Origin: an uncultured Verrucomicrobia subdivision 3 bacterium
GTDB lineage: Bacteria > Verrucomicrobiota > Verrucomicrobiia > Limisphaerales > UBA11358
DNA: 33,883 bases
Direction of reading: 5' to 3'
Assembly (NCBI GenBank): GCA_903861445.1
Contig: CAIOUK010000072.1
Span: forward strand, 1 to 33,883
The first letter of the stretch is position 1. Each line of letters starts with the position of its first letter. Below are positions 24,137 through 33,821 of the stretch, piece after piece. Under the pieces are notes generated by a model that saw only the letters and a list, made by a program, of their open reading frames with translations, did no database searches and was not told the origin of the DNA. The position numbers were made by a program, and so were the translations under genes.

Positions 24137-27087
24137 TGGAATTATCACGTTGTCAGATTCGGCTCTGGATGTTTCTGGTCGTATTGGTGGGGCTGGCCCA
24201 TGAGGTTGGTGCGGCGACCGGGCAATCGGACAGTTCGCTTTCGCTGGCCGGGACTTGGCGGTTCCAGCTCGACCCGAAAAATATTGGTGTTGAGAAAAAG
24301 TGGTTCGCAGAAAAATTGGAGGACTCGGTCACGCTGCCGGGCACGACCGACACCAATCACAAAGGCATTTTCAAGGACGAACACGCGGTGGATCGGCTCT
24401 CGCGGGTCTGGTATTGGAAAGGTCCGGCGTGGTATCAGCGCGAGGTCGTGATTCCCGAAACTTGGCAAGGCAAGCGCATCACACTGATGCTGGAGCGGAC
24501 CAAAAATACCCACGTGTGGGTGGATGACCAAGATTGCGGCGGCGAGGATACGCTCAGCGCCCAGCAAATTTTTGATCTCACCCGCGTGCTGACGCCCGGT
24601 CGCCACACGATTATCGTGCTGGTGGACAACGCCAAACTGCCGCCCGTCGGGCCGGCGCACGCGGTGGACGAGCGGACGCAATCAAATTGGAATGGCATCA
24701 TCGGCCGCATCGAATTGCGCGTCACAGATCCTGTGTGGATTGAAGATGTCCAAGTCTATCCCGACGCGGATAAAAAACAGGCGCGCGTCCGCGTGGTCGT
24801 GGGTAACAGCACAGGTCAACTGGCGCAAGGAAAGCTCACTGTCAACTGCCGCAGCTTCAATATCGCCAAACCTGCAGATTTCGTTGCACAATCCATTGCT
24901 GTGTCGGCGACGAATGCGCGCACCGTGGTCGAGTTTGTTTATCAACCCGGCGAAGCCGCGCCGTTGTGGGATGAATTTCAGCCGGCCATGTTGCGGCTGA
25001 ATTTGCAATTGTCGGCCACTACCTACGGACAACTTTTTGCCGATCAACAATCGGTCAGTTTTGGCCTGCGCGATTTCAAACGCGACGGCCAACGTTTCGC
25101 TATCAACGGGCGGACGGCATTTCTGCGCGGGCGGTTGGATTGCGCCAATTATCCGCTGACCGGTTATCCGCCGATGGACAAGGCCGGCTGGCTCCGCGTT
25201 TTGGGAATTCTCAAGGACTGGGGACTCAACCACGTTCGTTTTCATTCGTGGTGTCCGCCCGAGGCGGCGTTCGCGGCGGCGGACGAACTGGGATTTTATT
25301 TTCAGGTGGAGCTACCGAACAAGCGCAGCGCGTTCAATGCGTCGGAAAGCACGGAGGCGGCCAAGCGCAATATTGATTACCTCGACGTTCCGGCGGATCC
25401 CAAAGCCTCGCTCTACGATTACGCGGTGCGTGAGGCAGATTTGATTTTCCGGCAATTTGGCAACCATCCCTCGTTTGTGATGTTCACGCTGGGCAACGAG
25501 CTTGGTCGCAGCCCGGCGATGTATGATTTGGTGGCGCGCTTCAAAAAACGCGACCCGCGCCATCTCTACGCCCAGGGATCAAACAACAATCACTGGAACC
25601 CCACTTATGCTGAAGGCGACGATTTTTGGGTGACGCACAAGACTGGAAAAACTCTGCCGGTGCGCGGCGCTTATTTTTCAGGCGATATGGCTGGCGGCGG
25701 CTACATTTACAACCAGCCACCCTCGACGCTCGTCAATTATTTCGATTCCATCAAGGACGTGCCGGTGCCGGTCATCGGGCATGAAATAGCCGAGTTTGAA
25801 GTCACGCCGGATTTTAGCGAAATCCCCAAATACACGGGCGTGATGCGGGCGCGCAATCTGGAAATTTTTCAGGAGCGCTTGAAGAAGGCCAATATGCTGG
25901 ATTTCGCGCCCGATTTCATGCGGGCCTCCGGCGCGCTCGCGGCCATCTGCCAGCGCGAGGACATCGAGGCGGCTTTGCGCACGCCGGGCTTTGGCGGTTT
26001 TCAATGGCTGGACATCCAGGATTTTCCGGGTCAGGGCACGGCGCTGGTCGGGATGCTGAACGATTTCATGGAAAATAAAGGCATCACGACGCCGGAGAAA
26101 TGGCGGCAGTTTTGTTCCCCGGTCGTGCTGCTGATCGAGATGCCGAAATACACTTGGACTGCGGATGAAACTTTCACGGCAGAAATCAAAGTCGCGAATT
26201 ATGGCCCGTCGAACATCACGAATGCCCGCGTGAAATGGCAAATTATTGATAATGGTAGTGATGTTAAAAGAGCTGTTTATAGATCAACGCTGGTGTGTTC
26301 TGAAGGTGTAATAGATTCGAAGCTAATTAAGCAGGGAGGGTTGACTTCTATCGGCCAGATTGGCGTTCCTTTGGATACACTCATGACTCCGCAAAAAATT
26401 CAAGTGAGAGTCTGGATTGATGGGATTTCGCAGACTGCGTGGAACACATACGACATTTGGGTGTATCCGCCAAAAGCGGACAACAGCATCCCGAAAGACG
26501 TGGTGGTTACGAATCGCCTCGACGAAGCGACGCTGAAATTTTTGTCGGATGGCGGCAAGGTTTTGTTGTTCTCTCCGAACAACGATATGAAGCACAGCGT
26601 GGGCGGCGCGTTCCCGACCGACTTCTGGTGCTGGGCAATGTTTTCCAAAGGAGCCATCGCGCAAGGGATCGAACCGGCGCCCGGCACACAAGGTTTTCTG
26701 TGCGACCCGAAGCATCCCGCGCTGGCGGAGTTCCCCACCGAGTTCCACAGCAACTGGCAGTGGTGGCAGATTGTCAAAAATTCGCGGCCCATTGTTTTAG
26801 ATGAAACTCCGGCGGATTACCGACCCATTATTCAGGTCATTGACAACTTCGCCCGCAATCACAAACTCGGACTGCTCTTTGAAGCGAAAGTTGGCCAAGG
26901 TAAGTTGCTGGTTTGCGCCAGCGACTTGCCAGCCCTTCAAGAACATCCCGAAGCGCGGCAACTGTTGCACAGCCTGCTGCGCTATGTGGTTTCTCCGGCC
27001 TTCGCGCCGCGCGCAGAATTTGATGTCGGGCTTTTGAAGAAACTGTTGCCGGGCGAAACGCAGGGAGAGTTAAGCCCGCAAAAATGA
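24136..27087 (+). CDS. Secreted GH2 glycoside hydrolase (beta-galactosidase/glucuronidase-like)
   Basis: TAATG overlap with the previous stop gives MELSRCQ... plus a signal peptide; SLAGTWRF, WNGIIGRIEL, FGLR, GLNHVRFHSWCPP, NHPSF...LGNE, PVIGHE. Confidence 0.9.
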   Translation: MELSRCQIRLWMFLVVLVGLAHEVGAATGQSDSSLSLAGTWRFQLDPKNIGVEKKWFAEKLEDSVTLPGTTDTNHKGIFKDEHAVDRLSRVWYWKGPAWYQREVVIPETWQGKRITLMLERTKNTHVWVDDQDCGGEDTLSAQQIFDLTRVLTPGRHTIIVLVDNAKLPPVGPAHAVDERTQSNWNGIIGRIELRVTDPVWIEDVQVYPDADKKQARVRVVVGNSTGQLAQGKLTVNCRSFNIAKPADFVAQSIAVSATNARTVVEFVYQPGEAAPLWDEFQPAMLRLNLQLSATTYGQLFADQQSVSFGLRDFKRDGQRFAINGRTAFLRGRLDCANYPLTGYPPMDKAGWLRVLGILKDWGLNHVRFHSWCPPEAAFAAADELGFYFQVELPNKRSAFNASESTEAAKRNIDYLDVPADPKASLYDYAVREADLIFRQFGNHPSFVMFTLGNELGRSPAMYDLVARFKKRDPRHLYAQGSNNNHWNPTYAEGDDFWVTHKTGKTLPVRGAYFSGDMAGGGYIYNQPPSTLVNYFDSIKDVPVPVIGHEIAEFEVTPDFSEIPKYTGVMRARNLEIFQERLKKANMLDFAPDFMRASGALAAICQREDIEAALRTPGFGGFQWLDIQDFPGQGTALVGMLNDFMENKGITTPEKWRQFCSPVVLLIEMPKYTWTADETFTAEIKVANYGPSNITNARVKWQIIDNGSDVKRAVYRSTLVCSEGVIDSKLIKQGGLTSIGQIGVPLDTLMTPQKIQVRVWIDGISQTAWNTYDIWVYPPKADNSIPKDVVVTNRLDEATLKFLSDGGKVLLFSPNNDMKHSVGGAFPTDFWCWAMFSKGAIAQGIEPAPGTQGFLCDPKHPALAEFPTEFHSNWQWWQIVKNSRPIVLDETPADYRPIIQVIDNFARNHKLGLLFEAKVGQGKLLVCASDLPALQEHPEARQLLHSLLRYVVSPAFAPRAEFDVGLLKKLLPGETQGELSPQK

Positions 27088-27215
27088 AATACGTTTTACG
27101 CTTATTCCACAAGGGTCTCTTGTCATCATTTTTGTTGCGGTCGTGAACGCCGTAGCCGCCGGGCTGCCCACAAACCTTTATCCATCGGAAAAATAATGGC
27201 ATCTACGATGCCCCT
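27084..27215 (+). pseudogene. Possible decayed 5' end of a secreted-protein gene
   Basis: ATGA coupling to the GH2 stop. MKYVLRL... continues after a frame change as LVIIFVAVVNAVAAG (signal peptide-like) and then hits stop codons. Confidence 0.35.
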
Positions 27216-27360
27216 GCCATGCGGCCAATGGTTTTCATCGTGACACACCGCGTGGACTGGAACAGAATTAATTTTTGTCCGGCGTGACTAATTTGCGTCG
27301 GATTTGCAGGCACGCAACGCCATCAAAAATAGAATTTTAACATCGTCGCTTTTTAAAAAT

Positions 27361-28140
27361 ATGGAATCCTCCAATCCCTCAATCACGCCGTTTCGTCTGG
27401 ACGGTGAAGTGGCGCTCATCACCGGCGGTGCCACCGGTCTCGGTTTTGGCATGTCCCGAAGTTTCGTGGCGTCCGGTGCCAAAGTTGTGCTCGCTGGCCG
27501 GCGCGAAGAGGAATTGAAAAAAGCCGTGGCTGCGCTTGGTGCCTCGGCGAGTTACGTCCGCCACGATGTGACCGAACATGGCAAGGCGGGCGAATTGGTT
27601 GCCGCCGCCACCCGTGCTGCCGGCGCACCGCTGAGCATTCTGATCAACAACGCCGGGATTCATCTCAAGAAGCTCGCCGTCGACACCAGCCCCGAAGAGT
27701 TTCTCACCGTCCTCAACACGCACGTCATCGGCGCGCATGCGCTCACGCGCGCGGTCTTGCCGGGAATGATTGAACGGAAGCATGGCAACGTCATTTTCAT
27801 CGCCTCGATGGCCTCGCTGTTTGGCCTCTCGAAAGTCATCGCCTACGCCGCCGCCAAGAGCGCTTACCTCGGCATGGTGCGCACGTTGGCTACTGAAGTT
27901 TCCGTGGATAACGTCCGCATCAACGCCATCGCGCCCGGTTGGATTGATTCCGACATGACGCGCAAGGTGATGGCGGACGACCCGGCGCGGCGCGCGAAAA
28001 TCATCAGCCGCACGCCGATGGGAAAATTCGGGGATGCGGACGACATCGGCTGGGCGGCGGTTTATTTGTGTTCGCCGGCGGCGAAATTTGTCACCGGCGC
28101 TGTGCTGCCGGTGGACGGTGGCGTCAGCATCGGCTTTTAA
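27361..28140 (+). CDS. SDR family oxidoreductase (gluconate 5-dehydrogenase / KduD / SDR-type mannonate oxidoreductase-like)
   Basis: [38 protein letters not shown]; adjacent to uxuA. Confidence 0.9.
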   Translation: MESSNPSITPFRLDGEVALITGGATGLGFGMSRSFVASGAKVVLAGRREEELKKAVAALGASASYVRHDVTEHGKAGELVAAATRAAGAPLSILINNAGIHLKKLAVDTSPEEFLTVLNTHVIGAHALTRAVLPGMIERKHGNVIFIASMASLFGLSKVIAYAAAKSAYLGMVRTLATEVSVDNVRINAIAPGWIDSDMTRKVMADDPARRAKIISRTPMGKFGDADDIGWAAVYLCSPAAKFVTGAVLPVDGGVSIGF

Positions 28141-28143
28141 TTT

Positions 28144-29217
28144 ATGAAACTCGGTTTCGGGCTTTACCGGCACCAGCTCAACGCGGAACACTTTCGTTTC
28201 GCGCGGCAATGCGGCGCGACGCATCTGGTGATTCACCTCGTGGATTATTTCCGTTCCTCGCGCCGCAATCAGCCCGGCGACCAGCCCTTGGGCGACGATG
28301 CGGGCTGGGGTCTCGCCGGCGATCCCGACCAACTTTGGACGTTTGAGGAAATTGCCACCATTCAAAAGGAAGCGGCGGCGCACGGTTTGCAGATTGAAGC
28401 GATTGAAAATTTTGATCCGGCGCACTGGCACGATGTGTTGCTCGATGGCCCGAAGAAAGCGCAGCAACTGGAAAATCTTAAAACCATCATCCGCACGGTC
28501 GGGCGCGTGGGCATTCCGGTTATCGGCTACAACTTCTCGCTCGCCGGCGTCGCGGGGCGTGTGAAAGGCGCGTGGGGACGTGGCGGTGCTGAAGTGGTCG
28601 GGATGGACGGCGCTTACGATAAGCCCATTCCCAAAGGCATGATTTGGAACATGGTCTATGACAAAAATGCGCCAGCCGGAAACCTCGCGCCCATCACCGC
28701 CGAAGAATTATGGCGGCGGCATGGTGAGTTTTTGGATGCGCTGATTCCGGTGGCCGAGGAAGCGGGCGTCACGCTGGCGGCACATCCAGATGATCCGCCG
28801 ACGCCGACCGTGCGCGGCCAGCCGCGCTTGGTGAATCAGCCGCAGCTTTACCAGAAGCTCATTGACCGCCGCCCGAGCCCGCGCAACGCGCTGGAATTTT
28901 GTCTCGGCACGCTGGCAGAGATGCCGGAAGGAAATATTTACGACGCGGTTGAAACCTACAGTCGCCAACGCAAGCTGGCCTACGTCCATTTCCGCAACGT
29001 GCGTGGCAAAGCGCCGCATTATCAGGAAACTTTCGTGGACGAAGGCGATATTGACATGCTGCGTGTGCTGCGGATTCTCAAGCGGAATGGTTTTACCGGC
29101 GTGCTGATTCCCGATCATGCGCCGCAAATGACGTGCGCCGCGCCGTGGCACGCCGGCATGGCCTACGCGTGCGGTTGGATGCAGGCGGCGCTGAAAATCG
29201 TAGAAACCAATTTATGA
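28144..29217 (+). CDS. uxuA: Mannonate dehydratase (UxuA family)
   Basis: GIPVIGYNF, IPVAEEAGVTLAAHPDDPP, FCLGT, VHFRNV, ETFVDEGDIDM, PDHAP. Confidence 0.87.
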   Translation: MKLGFGLYRHQLNAEHFRFARQCGATHLVIHLVDYFRSSRRNQPGDQPLGDDAGWGLAGDPDQLWTFEEIATIQKEAAAHGLQIEAIENFDPAHWHDVLLDGPKKAQQLENLKTIIRTVGRVGIPVIGYNFSLAGVAGRVKGAWGRGGAEVVGMDGAYDKPIPKGMIWNMVYDKNAPAGNLAPITAEELWRRHGEFLDALIPVAEEAGVTLAAHPDDPPTPTVRGQPRLVNQPQLYQKLIDRRPSPRNALEFCLGTLAEMPEGNIYDAVETYSRQRKLAYVHFRNVRGKAPHYQETFVDEGDIDMLRVLRILKRNGFTGVLIPDHAPQMTCAAPWHAGMAYACGWMQAALKIVETNL

Positions 29218-29227
29218 CCCAAGCAAT

Positions 29228-32050
29228 ATGAAAAAAATTATATTCCTAGCCGCCGTTTTATTTTCGGTCTGCGCCAAGTCGTCGGAACTTTCGCCGGCGC
29301 AATTTATCAATCCGCCAATTGACGCGCGTCCCGGTGCCTATTGGGTCTGGCTCAACGGCAACGTGGATCGCGCCCAGCTCACCCATGAGCTGGAAGAGAT
29401 GAAAGCCAAGGGAATGTCCGGCGCGGAAATCTGGGATATCGGCCTGACCACGCCGAATCCGGACATGCCCGTGCCGGTCGGCCCGGCGTATCTGAGTCCG
29501 GAATCCGTGGCCTCCATCCGCCATGCGGACAAGGAAGCGGCGCGGTTGGGTTTGAATCTCGGCCTGATCTCCTCCAGCAGTTGGAACGAGGGCGGCAGTT
29601 GGGTCGAGCCGAAGGACGCCATTAAGGCATTGTATGTCAGCGCCACCAATTTTTCCGGGCCGGCCAAAATTTCGCAGCCGTTGGCGTTCCCGGCGAACCG
29701 CGCGGTCAAGGCCGCCGACGGCTTGCCGCTCTATCATCGCGAAGTGGCCGTCATAGCGTTCCCGGCGTCCGCCCAAAAAATAATTCCCTCTGTCGCCTCG
29801 GTGTTGAACCTGACCGACAAAGTCAATGCCGCCGGCGAATTGCAATGGGACGTGCCGCCGGGCGAATGGACCGTGTTACGCCTCGTCTGTGCGACCACCG
29901 GCCAGCAGCTCGTCGTGCCCAGTCCCAATTCGCGTGGCTTGATGGTGGATCACATGGATGCCGGCGCGGAGCAGCGGAATTACGAAAATATTTTTCAGCG
30001 GCTGTTTCCGCATGGCGAAAATTTTTCGGCGCTGAAATTTTTTCAGGAAGACAGCATCGAGCTGAATCCGCCGCAGAAAACCGGCGGTATCGCGGACTGG
30101 ACGGACAATTTCCCGGCGGAATTCAAACAATATCGCGGTTACGATATTACTCCGTATCTGCCCGTGTTGGCGGGACAAAAGTTTACCAATCCGGAACTGG
30201 CCGAACGGTTTTTGCACGACTACCGTGAAACCGTCAGCGACCTGTGGCTCGACCGGCATTATCTCGTCGCCAAAAAACTACTGCACGAACGCGGTTTGCA
30301 AATCGCCGGCGAACCCGGTCACGGCGGCTATCCTCGTCCGGAAGTGTTGCGCGCACTCGGTGCCATGGATATTCCGCGCGGCGAATTTTGGAACACCCGC
30401 AAAAACTGGGTCACCAAGGAAGCCGCTTCCGCCGCCCATATCTACGGCCTGAAATACGCGGACGCCGAATCCTTCACCGGCTGGCGCAGTTGGCAGGACG
30501 GCCCGTTTGAATTGAAACGCTTGGCCGACACCGCGTTTTGCGACGGCATGAACCGGATGACGATTCACAACTTCGCGCACAATCCGCCGGCCGCCGGGCT
30601 GCCGGGCAATTGCTATCACGCCGGCGAACACGTCAACGTCAACACGACTTGGTGGCCGATGTCCGCGCCGTTCTTCGCCTATCTCGACCGCTGCTGCTAT
30701 ATGCTGCAACAAGGTTTGTCCGTGGCCGATGCCTGTTTTTACTACGGCGACGACGCGCCGAATCTGGTGGCCGCCCGCCGCATTGACACCAAGCCCCAGC
30801 GTGTGGACGGTGAGATTTGCCAGCATTGCTTCCGCACCAATCCCGCGCCCGCCAATGTGCTGGGTGACGGCTACGATTACGACGTGGTTAATTCCGAGGT
30901 CATCCTCACGCGCATGACCGTGAAGGACGGCCGGTTGACGTTGCCGAATGAAATGAGCTACGCCGTGCTCGTTCTGCCCGACCGCGACGATATGCCGTTG
31001 GTCGTGTTGAAGAAAATCGAGAGCTTTGTCCGCGCCGGTGCCATCGTCCTCGGCCCCAAGCCCGTTCACGCTTCTGGTTTGACCGGCTATCCGCAATACG
31101 ACATGGAAATCCAGTCGCTCGCCACGCAGCTTTGGGGCGATTGCGACGGCGAAAAAGTGCGCGAACGCGCCTACGACAAAGGCTTGATTGTCTGGGATCG
31201 CAACCGCGTCCGCGAAATTTTGCAGCAGCATAAAATCATTCCCGACTTTGTTTGCAGCACCACGGACAACAACGCGGACTTGGATTATTTTCACCGGCGC
31301 ACGGCGGCTGCCGACATTTATTTCGTCAGCAACAAGGGGCTCAATCCGATGGACACGGAATGTGTCTTCCGCGTCACCGGCAAACAACCGCACTTCTGGC
31401 TGCCGGACACCGGCGAAATTCAGCCGTGCGAAAATTACGAAATCGGTGCCAACAGCACGCGGGTGAAATTGAAATTGCCGTCGGGCGGCAGCGTGTTCGT
31501 CGTGTTTGAAGGCCAGCCGGAAAAATTGCAAGCGTCGTCGCCCGCCGCATTGCCACCGCCCGCCGCGCCAGTCGAAATCACCGGTTCCTGGCTGGTCAAA
31601 TTTCCGCCGCACCTTGGCGCGCCGCCGGCCTGGACTTTTGAGCAGCTCGTTTCCTGGACGAGCGTCACCAACGAGGGCGTGAAATATTTTTCCGGCACGG
31701 CCACTTACTTCAAAGACTTTGAAGCGCCTGCGGATGCACTGGTTACCGGTCGGCGGGTGATTTTGGATTTGGGATCGCTCCGCAATGTCGCGGACGTGAC
31801 GCTCAACGGTCAGCATCTTGGCATCCTGTGGAAACCGCCGTTCCAAGTGGACGTGACCGGCGCGATGCATGCCGGCACCAATCAACTTCAGATCGAAGTG
31901 GTCAACGTTTGGGCCAACCGTATTGTTGGCGATGCCAAACTGCCCAAGGCGCAACGCGTCACGCAAATGGCGCAGAAACTGCCGGTGCAAGGCCCGCATG
32001 AATCCGGTTTGCTGGGGCCGGTCAGCTTGCGTTTCGAGGCGGCGCGGTAA
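29228..32050 (+). CDS. Secreted GH106 alpha-L-rhamnosidase-family protein
   Basis: F.NPP.DARP..YW.WLNGNV, SWNEGGSW, DSIE, DIPRGEFW, ASAAHIYG...AESFT, GYDYD, KYFSGTATY, ESGLLGPV. Confidence 0.9.
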   Translation: MKKIIFLAAVLFSVCAKSSELSPAQFINPPIDARPGAYWVWLNGNVDRAQLTHELEEMKAKGMSGAEIWDIGLTTPNPDMPVPVGPAYLSPESVASIRHADKEAARLGLNLGLISSSSWNEGGSWVEPKDAIKALYVSATNFSGPAKISQPLAFPANRAVKAADGLPLYHREVAVIAFPASAQKIIPSVASVLNLTDKVNAAGELQWDVPPGEWTVLRLVCATTGQQLVVPSPNSRGLMVDHMDAGAEQRNYENIFQRLFPHGENFSALKFFQEDSIELNPPQKTGGIADWTDNFPAEFKQYRGYDITPYLPVLAGQKFTNPELAERFLHDYRETVSDLWLDRHYLVAKKLLHERGLQIAGEPGHGGYPRPEVLRALGAMDIPRGEFWNTRKNWVTKEAASAAHIYGLKYADAESFTGWRSWQDGPFELKRLADTAFCDGMNRMTIHNFAHNPPAAGLPGNCYHAGEHVNVNTTWWPMSAPFFAYLDRCCYMLQQGLSVADACFYYGDDAPNLVAARRIDTKPQRVDGEICQHCFRTNPAPANVLGDGYDYDVVNSEVILTRMTVKDGRLTLPNEMSYAVLVLPDRDDMPLVVLKKIESFVRAGAIVLGPKPVHASGLTGYPQYDMEIQSLATQLWGDCDGEKVRERAYDKGLIVWDRNRVREILQQHKIIPDFVCSTTDNNADLDYFHRRTAAADIYFVSNKGLNPMDTECVFRVTGKQPHFWLPDTGEIQPCENYEIGANSTRVKLKLPSGGSVFVVFEGQPEKLQASSPAALPPPAAPVEITGSWLVKFPPHLGAPPAWTFEQLVSWTSVTNEGVKYFSGTATYFKDFEAPADALVTGRRVILDLGSLRNVADVTLNGQHLGILWKPPFQVDVTGAMHAGTNQLQIEVVNVWANRIVGDAKLPKAQRVTQMAQKLPVQGPHESGLLGPVSLRFEAAR

Positions 32051-32077
32051 TCGGCGGGAAATCCGCTGCTGCGGAAT

Positions 32078-32451
32078 TTACGGTAAAACGTGCGCGGGCG
32101 TGACGGTGGAGCCGAGCGAGCAGGTTGGTGTATCGCCAACTTTTTTGATGGAATAAATGCCACCGTGCGGACAACTAGGAATTTTTCCTGCGCTGGTAAT
32201 GTAAGCTTGATGTAAGGCGTCAGATCGTTTGGAAAATTAATGGGGTCACCGGTTTTTAAGTTCTTTTCCAGCGCGAACTGATTGGCGGCGGCATCAATCT
32301 GACGGAGCATACGGATGCAAGGGTTACCATTAGAAACGCGAGCTTTAACGAAATTAGGAACGGCAATGGCCACCAGCAAGACCACAAATAAAAAAACCGC
32401 TAACCAGACCATAATTTTTTCCGTTGCGGATCTTTTGGCTGGTTCACTCAT
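32078..32451 (-). pseudogene. Pilin/pseudopilin-like protein with a +5 nt frameshift
   Basis: LLVAIAVPNFVKAR...CIRMLRQIDAAANQFALE...LTPYIKL, then in another frame TSAGKIPSCPHGGIYSIKKVGDTPTCSLGSTVTPAHVLP* (stop 32078-32080). The unshifted frame would run into the GH106 gene. Confidence 0.8.
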
Positions 32452-32492
32452 ATATTTTTCAACACCGCCCGCCGGATTCCGTTGCGGGAAAT

Positions 32493-33731
32493 TTACCGTC
32501 TCCGTCCGCCGGGCGCGAAGTGGTAGCCGCCGTGGACGCGGCCGCCGCGCACTTTGCCGGGGAAGCCAGCGGGTGCGCCGGCCTTTGGCTCTTCAAACAA
32601 CGCGGTGTAGCGGTAATCGAAATTCTCCAGCTTCACGCGCGGGATTTTCTGGCTGATGAAGCGTTCGATGGCGAACACGTGCGGCGCATCTTCGGCCACC
32701 ATGATGGTGAAGGCGTCGCCGGTGGCCGCTGCGCGACCCGTGCGCCCGATGCGGTGAATATAATCTTCCTGATGCTGCGGCACGTCGTAGTTCACGACGT
32801 GGCTCACGTCCGCGATGTCCAGTCCGCGCGCGGCGATGTCGGTGGCCACAAGCACTTCAAATTTGCCGTCGCGAAAACCTTGCAAGGCCTGTTCGCGTTC
32901 CTTTTGCGTGCGGTTGGAATGCAGCACGGCCACGGCATGATTCTCGCGCTTGAGCAGCGCGGCGCAACGGTCTGCGCCGTGTTTGGTGCGGCAGAAAACG
33001 ATGACGGAATCGTAGTTCACGCGCTTGAGCAGTTCGAGCAGTAGGTCGGTTTTCTGCGTGTCGGACACGGGATAAATGACGTGCTTCACGGATTCCGCCG
33101 GCGAACGGCGCGCGCCGATTTCGATGGTCTCCGGTTCGTGCATTGCCCATTGAATGAGCGTTTCGATCTGCGGTGGAACGGTGGCGGAAAACAGTGCGGA
33201 GTGGCGTTGCTTGGGGCATTTCTCCACGAGCCGTCGGACGTCAGGCAGGAACCCCATGTCGAGCATCCGGTCAGCTTCATCGAGGACGAGAAATTCCACC
33301 TTGTCGAGTTTCAACGTGCCTTGTTCCAAATGGTCGAGCAACCGTCCGGGTGTCGCGACGACGATGTCCGTGCCGGCTTTCAATTCGTCATTTTGTTTGC
33401 CATAGCCCACGCCGCCGAAGACGACGCAGACTTTCAAATCCGTGAAGCGCGCATAATCGCGGATGGCGGTCTCGACCTGCGCGGCGAGTTCGCGCGTGGG
33501 TTCGAGGATGAGCACACGCGGGCCGACGGGATTATGCGTGCCGAGTTTTGAGAGGATGGGCAAAGCGAACGCGGCGGTTTTGCCGGTGCCGGTCTGCGCG
33601 CTGCCGATGACGTCTTTGCCGGACAGCACGAGCGGAATCGCGCGGAGCTGAATGGGCGTGGGATCCACATAACCCATCGCCTTGACGCCTTCGAGAATTT
33701 TCTCGGAAAGACCTAATTTGCTAAAAGCCAT
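32493..33731 (-). CDS. DEAD-box RNA helicase (RhlE-like)
   Basis: Q motif PTPIQ, AQTGTGKT, PTRELA, TPGRL, DEAD, SAT, ARGLD, HRIGRTGR. Start MAFSKL at 33731. Confidence 0.96.
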   Translation of the reverse strand: MAFSKLGLSEKILEGVKAMGYVDPTPIQLRAIPLVLSGKDVIGSAQTGTGKTAAFALPILSKLGTHNPVGPRVLILEPTRELAAQVETAIRDYARFTDLKVCVVFGGVGYGKQNDELKAGTDIVVATPGRLLDHLEQGTLKLDKVEFLVLDEADRMLDMGFLPDVRRLVEKCPKQRHSALFSATVPPQIETLIQWAMHEPETIEIGARRSPAESVKHVIYPVSDTQKTDLLLELLKRVNYDSVIVFCRTKHGADRCAALLKRENHAVAVLHSNRTQKEREQALQGFRDGKFEVLVATDIAARGLDIADVSHVVNYDVPQHQEDYIHRIGRTGRAAATGDAFTIMVAEDAPHVFAIERFISQKIPRVKLENFDYRYTALFEEPKAGAPAGFPGKVRGGRVHGGYHFAPGGRRR

Positions 33732-33736
33732 GTGAA

Positions 33737-33745
33737 AGAGTAGCA
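33737..33745 (-). promoter_or_regulatory. Extended -10 element (TGcTACTCT) of the helicase gene
   Basis: Lies 5 nt upstream of the ATG, with no Shine-Dalgarno in between. Confidence 0.4.
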
Positions 33746-33785
33746 AATGCGCGAATTATGGGAAGCCGTGAATTGAGCTTTGTGG

Positions 33786-33815
33786 TTGCGGGTGGAATCC
33801 GCCTGCCGTTAGCCT
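33786..33815 (+). promoter_or_regulatory. Putative sigma70 promoter of xerD
   Basis: TTGCGG-N18-TAGCCT, 6 nt before the ATG. Confidence 0.4.
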
Positions 33816-33821
33816 GCCGCG

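Noticed and set aside
31888-32077. C-terminal part of the 187-aa ORF 31888..32451
   Set aside because: It results from the frameshift and overlaps the convergent GH106 gene; the natural stop is at 32078.
32051-32495. Similar short GC-rich sequences (TAAATT.CC.GCA..CGGA) after the helicase and pilin stop codons, as possible insertion repeats
   Set aside because: Too short and degenerate; more simply explained as weak terminator-like hairpins or chance.
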